Assembly: GCA_964496885.1 (NCBI GenBank)
Contig: CAZCBG010000009.1
Span: forward strand, 1,162 to 65,161
Direction of reading: 5' to 3'
Source: an uncultured Bacteroides sp.
Lineage (GTDB): Bacteria > Bacteroidota > Bacteroidia > Bacteroidales > JACABE01
Length of the DNA stretch: 64,000 nucleotides
Shown here: in pieces, positions 19,954 to 28,020 of the stretch
Position numbering within the stretch: position 1 is the first letter of the stretch
Layout of the letters: every line of letters begins with the position of its first letter
Program-made: the position numbers and the translations under genes
Notes under the pieces: model-generated
What the model was told of the DNA's origin: nothing
Seen by the model: only the letters and a program-made list of their open reading frames with translations
Database searches by the model: none

Positions 19954-21171
19954 TTATTCTTCGTTTTCTTCAGCAACCCCACTTGCATTCGCCTGATCTC
20001 CATACCATAATATTTTACATAAAATGTTGTTGATATGCACATTGCTGCGATTGTTGAGCGATATTACCGTCATTTTATCGGTCATTTCACGAATAAAATA
20101 AGTGCGAAAACCTCTCCACCAACCATAATGATAGACTTCTTTTTTCTGGTCTTCGCTTATTCTGATCCGCCAGCCAAAACCATATTTTTTCATTTTCCCA
20201 TTGTCGTCGGGAGAAGGAGTAAATGCTTCGGCCACTACCGATGGTTTCATCAAACGACATTGATACAAAGCCTGATCGTACAAATACATATCTTCCACGC
20301 TTGAATACATTCCTTTATCACCAGTTACTCCATCGAGATAGTCAGGAACCTCAGCTTTCATTCCACCTCTATAAAAATACGAAAATCCTATAGCACTCCC
20401 TGGTATGAAATTGTTATCCGATTTGCAGTAAATATAAGAATTATTCATTTTTAAAGGTGTAAAAACGAAAGTTTTCATAAAATCAGAGAAACTAAAACCA
20501 CTTATTTTTTCAATAATTAAAGCCAGTAATGCATAATTGGTATTGCAATAATTATAATGATGGTTAGCAGGAAAGGCAGGTAGAATATTGTTGTTTTTGA
20601 ATAAAGCAGGAATGTCGCTGTTCGAAATTATTTTGCTTCTATCCCAATATTTATCCGCTACATAAATGTAATTTTGTAATCCGGAACGATGATTCAACAA
20701 ATTGCGAATCGAAATACCACTGGTAGGGAATTCAGGAATATATTTTCTGATGTCTTCATCATACTCAAGCAAACCTTTGTCGTGCAAAAGCATTATAGCG
20801 GTAGCTGTAAACATTTTGGAAACTGAAGCCAATTGAAAAGGTGTGTTTACGTTCAAGGTATCCTTTGTTTTGATATTGCTGTAACCAAATGCACCAGCAT
20901 ATAATATCTTACCTTTTTCAGCTACTAAAATCGTACCATTGAACATTCCCTTTTTATATGAGGATGTAACAATACTATCGATAAATTGAATTTTACGAAT
21001 ATCAGGAACAAAAGAATTTGTAGTAGATGGTGCTTCAAAATGTTTAAAATTGATATGCGAAATTGACATCACGTTGTTTTTCATGTCAAAATCGGCACCT
21101 GCCAACAATGTAATTATTAAAAAAACCATCCCGACCAATAAGCTATTTATGCTGCTGTTTTTCTTTTGCAT
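19954..21171 (-). CDS. Serine hydrolase, beta-lactamase/PBP4* (class C-like) family, exported
   Basis: SxxK motif in FQLASVSKMFTA and YCNTNY (YxN). The ORF-track start at 21201 is a TTG, so the ATG at 21171 is preferred. Confidence 0.8.
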   Translation of the reverse strand: MQKKNSSINSLLVGMVFLIITLLAGADFDMKNNVMSISHINFKHFEAPSTTNSFVPDIRKIQFIDSIVTSSYKKGMFNGTILVAEKGKILYAGAFGYSNIKTKDTLNVNTPFQLASVSKMFTATAIMLLHDKGLLEYDEDIRKYIPEFPTSGISIRNLLNHRSGLQNYIYVADKYWDRSKIISNSDIPALFKNNNILPAFPANHHYNYCNTNYALLALIIEKISGFSFSDFMKTFVFTPLKMNNSYIYCKSDNNFIPGSAIGFSYFYRGGMKAEVPDYLDGVTGDKGMYSSVEDMYLYDQALYQCRLMKPSVVAEAFTPSPDDNGKMKKYGFGWRIRISEDQKKEVYHYGWWRGFRTYFIREMTDKMTVISLNNRSNVHINNILCKILWYGDQANASGVAEENEE

Positions 21172-21321
21172 TCTACCTGATTTAATAATACTTAAATCCA
21201 AATTTTTAAAATCTGAAATTTCCTTATCTTTGCACTCAATTTGAGATAGCCAAGTTAGACATTATTTGAGCAATTTGTTTTAAATGAATGTTAAAGTTTT
21301 CAACTGAGAAATATTAATAAG

Positions 21322-23361
21322 ATGCATTATAAAAGATATACCGTTACTTCAGCTTTGCCTTATGCCAATGGCCCCATACATATCGGACATTTAGCAGGTG
21401 TTTACGTTCCTGCAGATATTTACGTTAGATACCTGCGTTCTATTGGTGAAGATGTTATATTTATAGGTGGTTCCGACGAACATGGAGTTCCTATTACAAT
21501 AAAAGCAAGACAATTAGGTGTTACTCCTCAGGAAATTGTAGATAAATATCATACTATTATTAAACAGTCTTTTCAGGATTTTGGTATTTCTTTCGATATT
21601 TATTCCAGAACTTCAAGTAAAATTCATCATGAAACTGCAGATGAAATCTTTAGAACATTATATTACAAAGGAGATTTTATTGAAAAATTATCCATGCAAT
21701 ATTATGATGAAGAGAACAAACAATATTTAGCTGACCGTTATATTACCGGAACCTGCCCGCATTGCAGCAACGAAAAAGCTTATGGTGATCAATGCGAGAA
21801 ATGTGGGACAACATTAAATGCAACTGATTTGATAAATCCACGTTCGGCTATTAGTGGTAATGCTCCGGTATTAAAAGAAACCAGACATTGGTTTTTACCA
21901 TTGGAAAACTATGAAGCATTTTTAAAAGAATGGATACTGGTTGGACACAAAGAGGATTGGAAGACCAATGTTTACGGGCAATGTAAATCATGGTTGGATC
22001 AGGGATTACAAGCCCGTGCAGTTACCCGCGATTTAGACTGGGGTGTAAAACTTCCTCCCGAAATCGAAGGGACCGAAGGAAAAGTCCTGTATGTCTGGTT
22101 TGATGCTCCTATCGGTTATATATCAGCCACTAAAGAATTAACTCCGGATTGGGAGAAATACTGGAAAGACAAAGAAACCAAACTGGTTCATTTTATTGGT
22201 AAAGATAATATTGTGTTTCATTGCATTATTTTCCCTGCTATGTTAAAAGCCGAAGGATCTTTTATATTACCGGCCAATGTGCCTGCCAATGAGTTTTTAA
22301 ATCTGGAAGGTGATAAGATATCCACTTCCCGCAACTGGGCCGTTTGGTTGCACGAATATTTAACAGAATTTCCTGACAAACAGGATGAACTACGTTATGT
22401 ACTCTGTGCCAATGCCCCCGAAACCAAAGACAACGATTTTACCTGGAAAGATTATCAGGCGAAGAACAACAATGAATTGCTGGCCATTTTTGGTAATTTT
22501 GTCAACCGTGCTATGGTGCTGACCCATAAATATTTTAATGGTATCATTCCACCTTTAGGTGAACTGAACGATGCCGATAAAGCTACGATAGAAGATATTC
22601 GTTTATTCCCATCAAAAATAGCAAAAAGCATTGAAACCTACCGTTTCCGTGAAGCCCTCAACGAAATGATGAATCTTGCCCGTTTAGGAAATAAATACCT
22701 GACCGAAAATGAACCCTGGAAAGTTTTTAAAACAGATGAAGAAAGGGTGAAAACAGTCTTGAATATATCTTTGCAGATTTGTGCAAACTTGGGAATTCTA
22801 TGTGAACCTTTCCTTCCATTCACTGCCGCCAAACTATCAAATATGTTGAATATCAGCTTCCCAAAATGGAAGGAAGCAGGATCTATCAATCTATTATCTG
22901 AAAATCATCAATTGGGTGAAGCTGCATTTTTATTCCAAAGGGTAGAAGATGCTGAAATTGAAACACAGGTTCAGAAATTAATGGATACCAAGAAGGCGAA
23001 TGATGCTGATAATGTAGCTCTTAACCCTGGCAAACCGAATATTGAATACGATGATTTTTCTAAGATGGATATCAGAACGGGAACGATAATTGCAGCAGAA
23101 AAAGTAGCTAAAACCAAAAAACTATTGAAATTAACGATAGATACCGGAATAGACAAACGAATTATTGTATCAGGGATTGCAGAACATTATGAAGCCGAAA
23201 ATATTATAGGACATAAGGTGAGTGTTTTAGTCAATCTTTCTCCTAAAAATTTGAAGGGTATTGATTCTCAGGGAATGATCCTAATGGCTGAAAATTTCGA
23301 CGGGAAACTTTGTTTTGTTGCTCCTACAGAAGATGTAAAAAACGGTAGTGAGATTAAGTAG
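21322..23361 (+). CDS. metG: Methionine--tRNA ligase with C-terminal tRNA-binding (EMAP-like) domain
   Basis: [14 protein letters not shown] (HIGH), Zn knuckle CPHC..C..CG, KISTSRN (KMSKS-type), C-terminal [13 protein letters not shown]. Confidence 0.95.
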   Translation: MHYKRYTVTSALPYANGPIHIGHLAGVYVPADIYVRYLRSIGEDVIFIGGSDEHGVPITIKARQLGVTPQEIVDKYHTIIKQSFQDFGISFDIYSRTSSKIHHETADEIFRTLYYKGDFIEKLSMQYYDEENKQYLADRYITGTCPHCSNEKAYGDQCEKCGTTLNATDLINPRSAISGNAPVLKETRHWFLPLENYEAFLKEWILVGHKEDWKTNVYGQCKSWLDQGLQARAVTRDLDWGVKLPPEIEGTEGKVLYVWFDAPIGYISATKELTPDWEKYWKDKETKLVHFIGKDNIVFHCIIFPAMLKAEGSFILPANVPANEFLNLEGDKISTSRNWAVWLHEYLTEFPDKQDELRYVLCANAPETKDNDFTWKDYQAKNNNELLAIFGNFVNRAMVLTHKYFNGIIPPLGELNDADKATIEDIRLFPSKIAKSIETYRFREALNEMMNLARLGNKYLTENEPWKVFKTDEERVKTVLNISLQICANLGILCEPFLPFTAAKLSNMLNISFPKWKEAGSINLLSENHQLGEAAFLFQRVEDAEIETQVQKLMDTKKANDADNVALNPGKPNIEYDDFSKMDIRTGTIIAAEKVAKTKKLLKLTIDTGIDKRIIVSGIAEHYEAENIIGHKVSVLVNLSPKNLKGIDSQGMILMAENFDGKLCFVAPTEDVKNGSEIK

Positions 23362-23419
23362 TCCGAAGAATTAAGATAGAAGTCCGAAGAATTGCTGTTG
23401 TGAATTTTTGAAATTTTTA

Positions 23420-23427
23420 TACCTTTG
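23420..23427 (+). promoter_or_regulatory. -7 promoter box TACCTTTG upstream of the box-hairpin module and tRNA-Arg
   Basis: TAnnTTTG match, 130 nt upstream of the tRNA 5' end. Confidence 0.4.
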
Positions 23428-23452
23428 CAAAATAAATAGACGAGTATTTTCC

Positions 23453-23519
23453 TTTTGTCATGTTGAGCGAAGCGAAACATCTCATTTCTATATGAAGTAT
23501 TTTTATCGGTATATAGAAA
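23453..23519 (+). repeat. Intergenic module copy B: 30-nt box TTTTGTCATGTTGAGCGAAGCGAAACATCT plus hairpin TTTCTATAT-N17-ATATAGAAA
   Basis: Second copy of the module at 16095-16163. Confidence 0.6.
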
Positions 23520-23556
23520 ATTGGAAAGAATAAACATTCACTATTTAATAATTTCA

Positions 23557-23628
23557 GGTCCCGTAGTTCAACGGATAGAACGGAAGTTTCCTAAACTTTA
23601 AATACAGGTTCGATTCCTGTCGGGATCA
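23557..23628 (+). tRNA. tRNA-Arg (anticodon CCT)
   Basis: Hand-folded. Acceptor GGTCCCG/CGGGATC, D-arm GTTC/GAAC, anticodon stem GAAGT/ACTTT with loop TTCCTAA, T-arm ACAGG-TTCGATT-CCTGT. No encoded CCA. Confidence 0.9.
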
Positions 23629-23658
23629 CTAAAAAGCAGATTGATAATTAATTATTAA

Positions 23659-23691
23659 GAAAAAACCAACTTAAATTAAGTTGGTTTTTTT
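23659..23691 (+). terminator. Rho-independent terminator after tRNA-Arg
   Basis: AAAAAACCAACTT-AAATT-AAGTTGGTTTTTTT. Confidence 0.8.
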
Positions 23692-23806
23692 CATTAAATT
23701 AGTTAAAAAATAATAGCTGATGATAAAATCGGGTTTGATTTAATACATAAAAAGCTGTCAGTATTGAACTGCCCCAAAAATTAAACGTATTAATCATTAA
23801 AATTTA

Positions 23807-23846
23807 AAAGGACTGAGTTCGGAAATTAACCGGACTTAGTCCTTTT
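23807..23846 (-). terminator. Hairpin terminator downstream of the SDR gene
   Basis: AAAGGACTGAGT...ACTTAGTCCTTT, 12-bp stem with one G-T pair. T-rich on the minus-strand side. Confidence 0.6.
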
Positions 23847-23905
23847 AGTTTAACTTTGATGCTGTGATTATTATCGTAATGAAATAGATTTTTAAGTTAT
23901 CACGC

Positions 23906-24622
23906 TTACAATCTGTCTAAAATCACTCTGGGTATCAATTTTATTAATAAAGCAATAATCATCCAGCGTTTGGTAATATAAGCTACTTTTCGTTTATTTT
24001 TAATGGCTGTAAAAATTTGATGCCCAGCTTTTTCAACACTTGCCATCCAAAAATTTTTCCCTAGTAAAACCAAATCAGTATTAACGAATCCAGGACGAAC
24101 ATCGGTGATGGTAATGGGAAGTTTTAAGTGTTTGGCTTTGTGTCGTAATCCTTCAAGGTAGATAATCTGAAATGCTTTAGATGCACTATAGGCAGGAGAA
24201 TGGCGATTTCCTCTTAAACCTGCAATTGAACTGATAACCACTAAATGTCCTTTTTTTTGAGATTCAAAGTAATTGAAAGCCCAATCGGCAAGTAATATAA
24301 ATGCATTGACATTTGTATCCACTGTTTGCTTTTCTATCCTGTAGTCCAGGTGTTCGCTCCCTTCGCTCCATCCCGAGCTGATTATGATTAAATCCAAACC
24401 TCCGATTTCTTTACAAAGGCCTTCAATATTTTCTATATCTGTATTGTAGTCGTTAATGTTAAAAGACCGAATCACATATATATCGGGCTTCTCCTTTTTA
24501 AGTTCTTTCAATAGATTTAAGCGCCTTCCTGTAATGCCAACAATATAATTATTTGCTGCCAATATTCTTGCCAGACCTTTTCCCATTCCAGAAGATGCGC
24601 CGATAACAATTGCCTTTTTCAT
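23906..24622 (-). CDS. Short-chain dehydrogenase/reductase (SDR) family oxidoreductase
   Basis: Cofactor motif VIGASSGMGKG, NAF, catalytic YSASK. Confidence 0.85.
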   Translation of the reverse strand: MKKAIVIGASSGMGKGLARILAANNYIVGITGRRLNLLKELKKEKPDIYVIRSFNINDYNTDIENIEGLCKEIGGLDLIIISSGWSEGSEHLDYRIEKQTVDTNVNAFILLADWAFNYFESQKKGHLVVISSIAGLRGNRHSPAYSASKAFQIIYLEGLRHKAKHLKLPITITDVRPGFVNTDLVLLGKNFWMASVEKAGHQIFTAIKNKRKVAYITKRWMIIALLIKLIPRVILDRL

Positions 24623-24634
24623 CTTTTATTAATT

Positions 24635-24690
24635 TTCATGTGTATTATTTTTATTATTTATAGCACACATAACCTCTCTCAATTTATTGG
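24635..24690 (+). repeat. Copy 1 of a duplicated ~55-nt segment (ATGTGTATTATTTTTATTATTTATAGCACACATAACCTCTCTCAATTTATTGG)
   Basis: Aligns by eye with 24834-24892. Lies directly upstream of the SDR start codon. Confidence 0.55.
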
Positions 24691-24790
24691 TTGAATTCAA
24701 CATAAAAAAATATAATCATTTAATAAACAATATTTTAATAAATCTAAACATATTGATTGATTTATGTTAAATCAGTTCAAAAATATAACA

Positions 24791-24798
24791 TATTTTTG
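24791..24798 (+). promoter_or_regulatory. -7 promoter box TATTTTTG, 15 nt upstream of a 46-codon ORF (24813-24953)
   Basis: TAnnTTTG match in an AT-rich spacer, so the chance-match risk is high. Confidence 0.3.
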
Positions 24799-24833
24799 AC
24801 AATAACAAGTTTATGGCACATATTAATATAATT

Positions 24834-24892
24834 TTTTATGTGTTATTTTTTTTATTTCTTTTAAGATCACATAACCAACCTCAATCTATTGG
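24834..24892 (+). repeat. Copy 2 of the duplicated segment (ATGTGTTATTTTTTTTATTTCTTTTAAGATCACATAACCAACCTCAATCTATTGG)
   Basis: Shares ATGTGT, CACATAACC, CTCAAT and TATTGG blocks in the same order as copy 1. Confidence 0.55.
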
Positions 24893-25164
24893 AGATTACG
24901 CCATATCATTGTCAGTTTGTATGAATATTATTCTTAGAGCTCGTTTCATTTAATATTTCGATTATTTTTATTTCTAACAAATCTATCAAGACTTTTTTAC
25001 TCAAATTTTATTTTATTATCGATAATAAAGCTGTTGATCTCTTTGATTTAACATTTTTTAATGCTTTACTTCAAATAATCTCAGAAGCTATGCGTTTATA
25101 ATTAAATAAGCTTACTGATCAACTGATACAGAGGCTGAAACCATTACATTTAATTTCGTAAATT

Positions 25165-25593
25165 ATGAAAAAAATATGTTTTATAGCTCTCCTGTTATTT
25201 TCGTTAATCCTAAATACACAGAATTTGCATGCCCAAACTTTTACTTCCGTCAAAGAGAAAGCAAAAGCTGAAAATAAAAAAATTCTGCTTTATTTCTCAG
25301 GTTCTGATTGGTGTGCCCCTTGCATCAAATTTAGAATGAATTTTATCAATGCTGATCAGTTTAAAACTTACAGTGCAGGAAATTTAGTGGTTTATGATGC
25401 CGACTTTCCCCGTCAGAAGAAGAATGCATTGTCAAAAGAACAAACTGCTGAAAACGAATCATTGGCAGAACAATACAATAAAAAAGGCCAATTTCCATAT
25501 ATTCTTTTGCTTGCTGCCGATGGAAAACTGCTGAAAGAATGGAATGGCTATCCGAAAGAATCTTTGGAAGAATTTATTAAACTCCTTCAGTAA
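25165..25593 (+). CDS. Exported thioredoxin-fold protein (CxxC: WCAPC)
   Basis: Signal peptide ending LHAQ; KKILLYFSGSDWCAPCIKF redox motif. Confidence 0.75.
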   Translation: MKKICFIALLLFSLILNTQNLHAQTFTSVKEKAKAENKKILLYFSGSDWCAPCIKFRMNFINADQFKTYSAGNLVVYDADFPRQKKNALSKEQTAENESLAEQYNKKGQFPYILLLAADGKLLKEWNGYPKESLEEFIKLLQ

Positions 25594-26517
25594 ATGCTTT
25601 ACAAGCAAGTAATGAAACTGATGGGGAACCGTTTTGAAATTTCTGTTCTGCATAATGATGAATCTTGGGCAAACAATCAAATTTCAAAAGCAGTTGCCGA
25701 AATACAACGCATTGAAAAATTACTCACTACTTTTTCAGATGACAGCCTTACCTCCAAAATCAATGAGTTTGCGGGAATAAGTCCTGTAGTGGTTACCGAT
25801 GAAGTTTTTGCATTGATGGAACGATGCCAGAAATTATCTGAACTTACCCAGGGTGCATTCGACATCACTTATGGAAGTCTTGATAAACGCTTTTGGAATT
25901 TTGATACAAACATGTGCGAATTACCAGATAAAAAAATAGCTCAAAAGTCTATTGCACTGGTTAACTATAAAAATCTGATAATGAATACCGAACAGAAAAC
26001 TGTTTTCCTCAAGAATAAAGGCATGCGTATTGGGTTTGGTGGGATTGGCAAAGGTTATGCTGCCGAAATGGCAAAAAAACTGTTGCAATTCAATGGAGTG
26101 GAAAGTGGTATTGTAAATGCAGCAGGCGATTTGAGTGCTTGGGGCTATCAAGATGACGGAAGTCCGTGGACGATTGGCATCGCGAATCCCAATCATAAGA
26201 ATGCTGTTTTTTCGTCTCTGAACATAACCAATACATCTGTAGCTACTTCAGGAAATTATGAAAAATTTGTTATGATCAATGGCAAAAGGTATTCACATAC
26301 TATTGATCCTAAGACGGGTTTTCCTGTATCGGGTATCAAAAGTGTAACGGTAATTACACAAAATGCAGAAATGGCAGATGCATTGGCAACACCCATAACA
26401 GTAATGGGTTTAAAAGTTGGATTGAATTTTATTAACCAGCTTAAACAAGTCGGCTGTATTATTATTGACGATAACGACAAATTATATTGTACCAATAACA
26501 TAAATATAACAAAATGA
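25594..26517 (+). CDS. apbE: FAD:protein FMN transferase (ApbE family), no N-terminal signal peptide
   Basis: MGNRFEISV (MGT..x.I type), GAFDITYG, GFGGIGKGYA, ATSGNYEKF, HTIDPKTG, ADALAT. The start ATG abuts the upstream TAA. Confidence 0.9.
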   Translation: MLYKQVMKLMGNRFEISVLHNDESWANNQISKAVAEIQRIEKLLTTFSDDSLTSKINEFAGISPVVVTDEVFALMERCQKLSELTQGAFDITYGSLDKRFWNFDTNMCELPDKKIAQKSIALVNYKNLIMNTEQKTVFLKNKGMRIGFGGIGKGYAAEMAKKLLQFNGVESGIVNAAGDLSAWGYQDDGSPWTIGIANPNHKNAVFSSLNITNTSVATSGNYEKFVMINGKRYSHTIDPKTGFPVSGIKSVTVITQNAEMADALATPITVMGLKVGLNFINQLKQVGCIIIDDNDKLYCTNNINITK

Positions 26518-26723
26518 AATATATAACTATTATAATCTTGCTGACAGTTTCGATTAGCGCCTGTTCCAGCGTAAAAGAATATCAAAAATCAAAGATTAAT
26601 GATTCCGATATGGAACTTTCTGCTAAAAAATCTGAAAGATTTGAAAGCAATTTTTTAATGTACCGCGAAGGTGGATCAGGTGCTAACGGTGGAAAAACCG
26701 GTGGTGGATGTGGGTGTAATTAA
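26514..26723 (+). CDS. DUF4266-type small lipoprotein with Gly-rich C-terminus ending GGGCGCN
   Basis: Lipobox SISAC. The C-terminal EGGSGANGGKTGGGCGCN matches my recollection of the DUF4266 signature. ATGA overlap with apbE. Confidence 0.7.
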   Translation: MKYITIIILLTVSISACSSVKEYQKSKINDSDMELSAKKSERFESNFLMYREGGSGANGGKTGGGCGCN

Positions 26724-26750
26724 TATTTTTTATTCATAAATAATATTTTC

Positions 26751-27980
26751 ATGAAAAAAGTTTTTTTAACAGCTTCAATGCTTGCTATGCTATTGTATAA
26801 TCTTAAAGCTCAAGACACAAGCATTGACAGTTCAAATTATAAGTCACGTAAATTAAAAGTAGAAGAAATAGACTTCATCTCCAGCTTCTATCATCAGGAA
26901 GGAAATAATTCTGCAGTTACTGGTGGAATTGGCTCTGAAAAGCTGACGGATGCTGCTATAAATTTTGATTTAAAATTATCAGGAATCAGCAAATCCGGTA
27001 ATATTCATAGCCTGAATTTTGAATTGGGTGTAGATGCTTACACTTCTGCATCTTCTGACAAAATTGATCCGAATACCGTATCTTCAGCATCCAGCCGCGA
27101 TTTAAGAATTTATCCATCCGTTAATTACAATTTTAAAAACACACTGCAAAATTATTCGTTAGGAGGTGGTATTTCATTCTCAAAAGAATATGACTATGTA
27201 TCAAGAGGTGGATTTTTAAGTTTTTCAAAAGCCTCAAAAAATAATAATACTGAGATTGCTGTTAAAGCATCGGCATTTTTGGATACCTGGACCGTAATAT
27301 TACCTAAAGAATTGCGGCCTTACCCTTATAATATTCCCAGTGCCGGTTCGAGTGGCAGGAATTCAAAAGGACCCACAACTACCCAACCCCGAAATTCCTA
27401 CAATCTTGACCTTGCCTTTTCGCAAGTAATCAATAGAAATTTGCAAATGGCATTAATTCTGGATTTAGGCTATCAGGACGGACACCTTGAAACCAGCTTT
27501 CAGCGTGTGTATTTTAAAGATGGTAGTGTAAAATCCGAAATTCTGCCTTCTACTAAATTCAAAGCCCCTGTTGGTCTGAGAGCAAATTACTTTTGGGGTG
27601 ATAATATTGTAATCCGTACATTTTATCGCTACTATGCTGACAGCTGGAATATTCAAGCACATACAATCAGTGTTGAACCCACTTACAAGCTAACTCCATT
27701 TACTTCTTTTGGTTTATTGTATCGGTATAATAATCAGATTGGAACAAACTATTTTAAACCCATCAATCAGCATGATCTTGCAGATACTTATTATACCAGT
27801 GACTATGATTTATCAAGCCTCAGTAGCAATATGATAGGTGCAAATTTAAGAATTATGGATGCTAATACAGGTTTACTGGGAATTAGTAAACTGAATACTT
27901 TTGAACTCAGGTATGCACATTATATTCGCAGCAATGGTTTGGTTTCCAATATTCTTACATTATTACTGAAATTTAAATAG
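26751..27980 (+). CDS. DUF3570-type outer-membrane beta-barrel protein
   Basis: Signal peptide ending LKAQ; about 400 aa of alternating-strand pattern. Position after ApbE/DUF4266 matches the recalled conserved synteny. Confidence 0.6.
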   Translation: MKKVFLTASMLAMLLYNLKAQDTSIDSSNYKSRKLKVEEIDFISSFYHQEGNNSAVTGGIGSEKLTDAAINFDLKLSGISKSGNIHSLNFELGVDAYTSASSDKIDPNTVSSASSRDLRIYPSVNYNFKNTLQNYSLGGGISFSKEYDYVSRGGFLSFSKASKNNNTEIAVKASAFLDTWTVILPKELRPYPYNIPSAGSSGRNSKGPTTTQPRNSYNLDLAFSQVINRNLQMALILDLGYQDGHLETSFQRVYFKDGSVKSEILPSTKFKAPVGLRANYFWGDNIVIRTFYRYYADSWNIQAHTISVEPTYKLTPFTSFGLLYRYNNQIGTNYFKPINQHDLADTYYTSDYDLSSLSSNMIGANLRIMDANTGLLGISKLNTFELRYAHYIRSNGLVSNILTLLLKFK

Positions 27981-28020
27981 AAATTTAAATTTTGAGTATC
28001 CGATGACTATGTTTTGAAAA

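Noticed and set aside
23557-23905. tRNA-Arg, and likewise tRNA-Leu at 4487-4570, as an integration site for a mobile element
   Set aside because: I found no direct repeat of either tRNA 3' end in the flanking kilobases, and the neighbouring genes are ordinary (SDR, TPR, prs).
25591-25596. Stop-codon readthrough producing a Trx-ApbE fusion, because the two ORFs are in the same frame
   Set aside because: The shared frame is a trivial consequence of the TAAATG junction. TAA is used as a normal stop elsewhere in the window, and the junction fits ordinary termination-reinitiation coupling. Only the missing signal peptide is kept as a finding.
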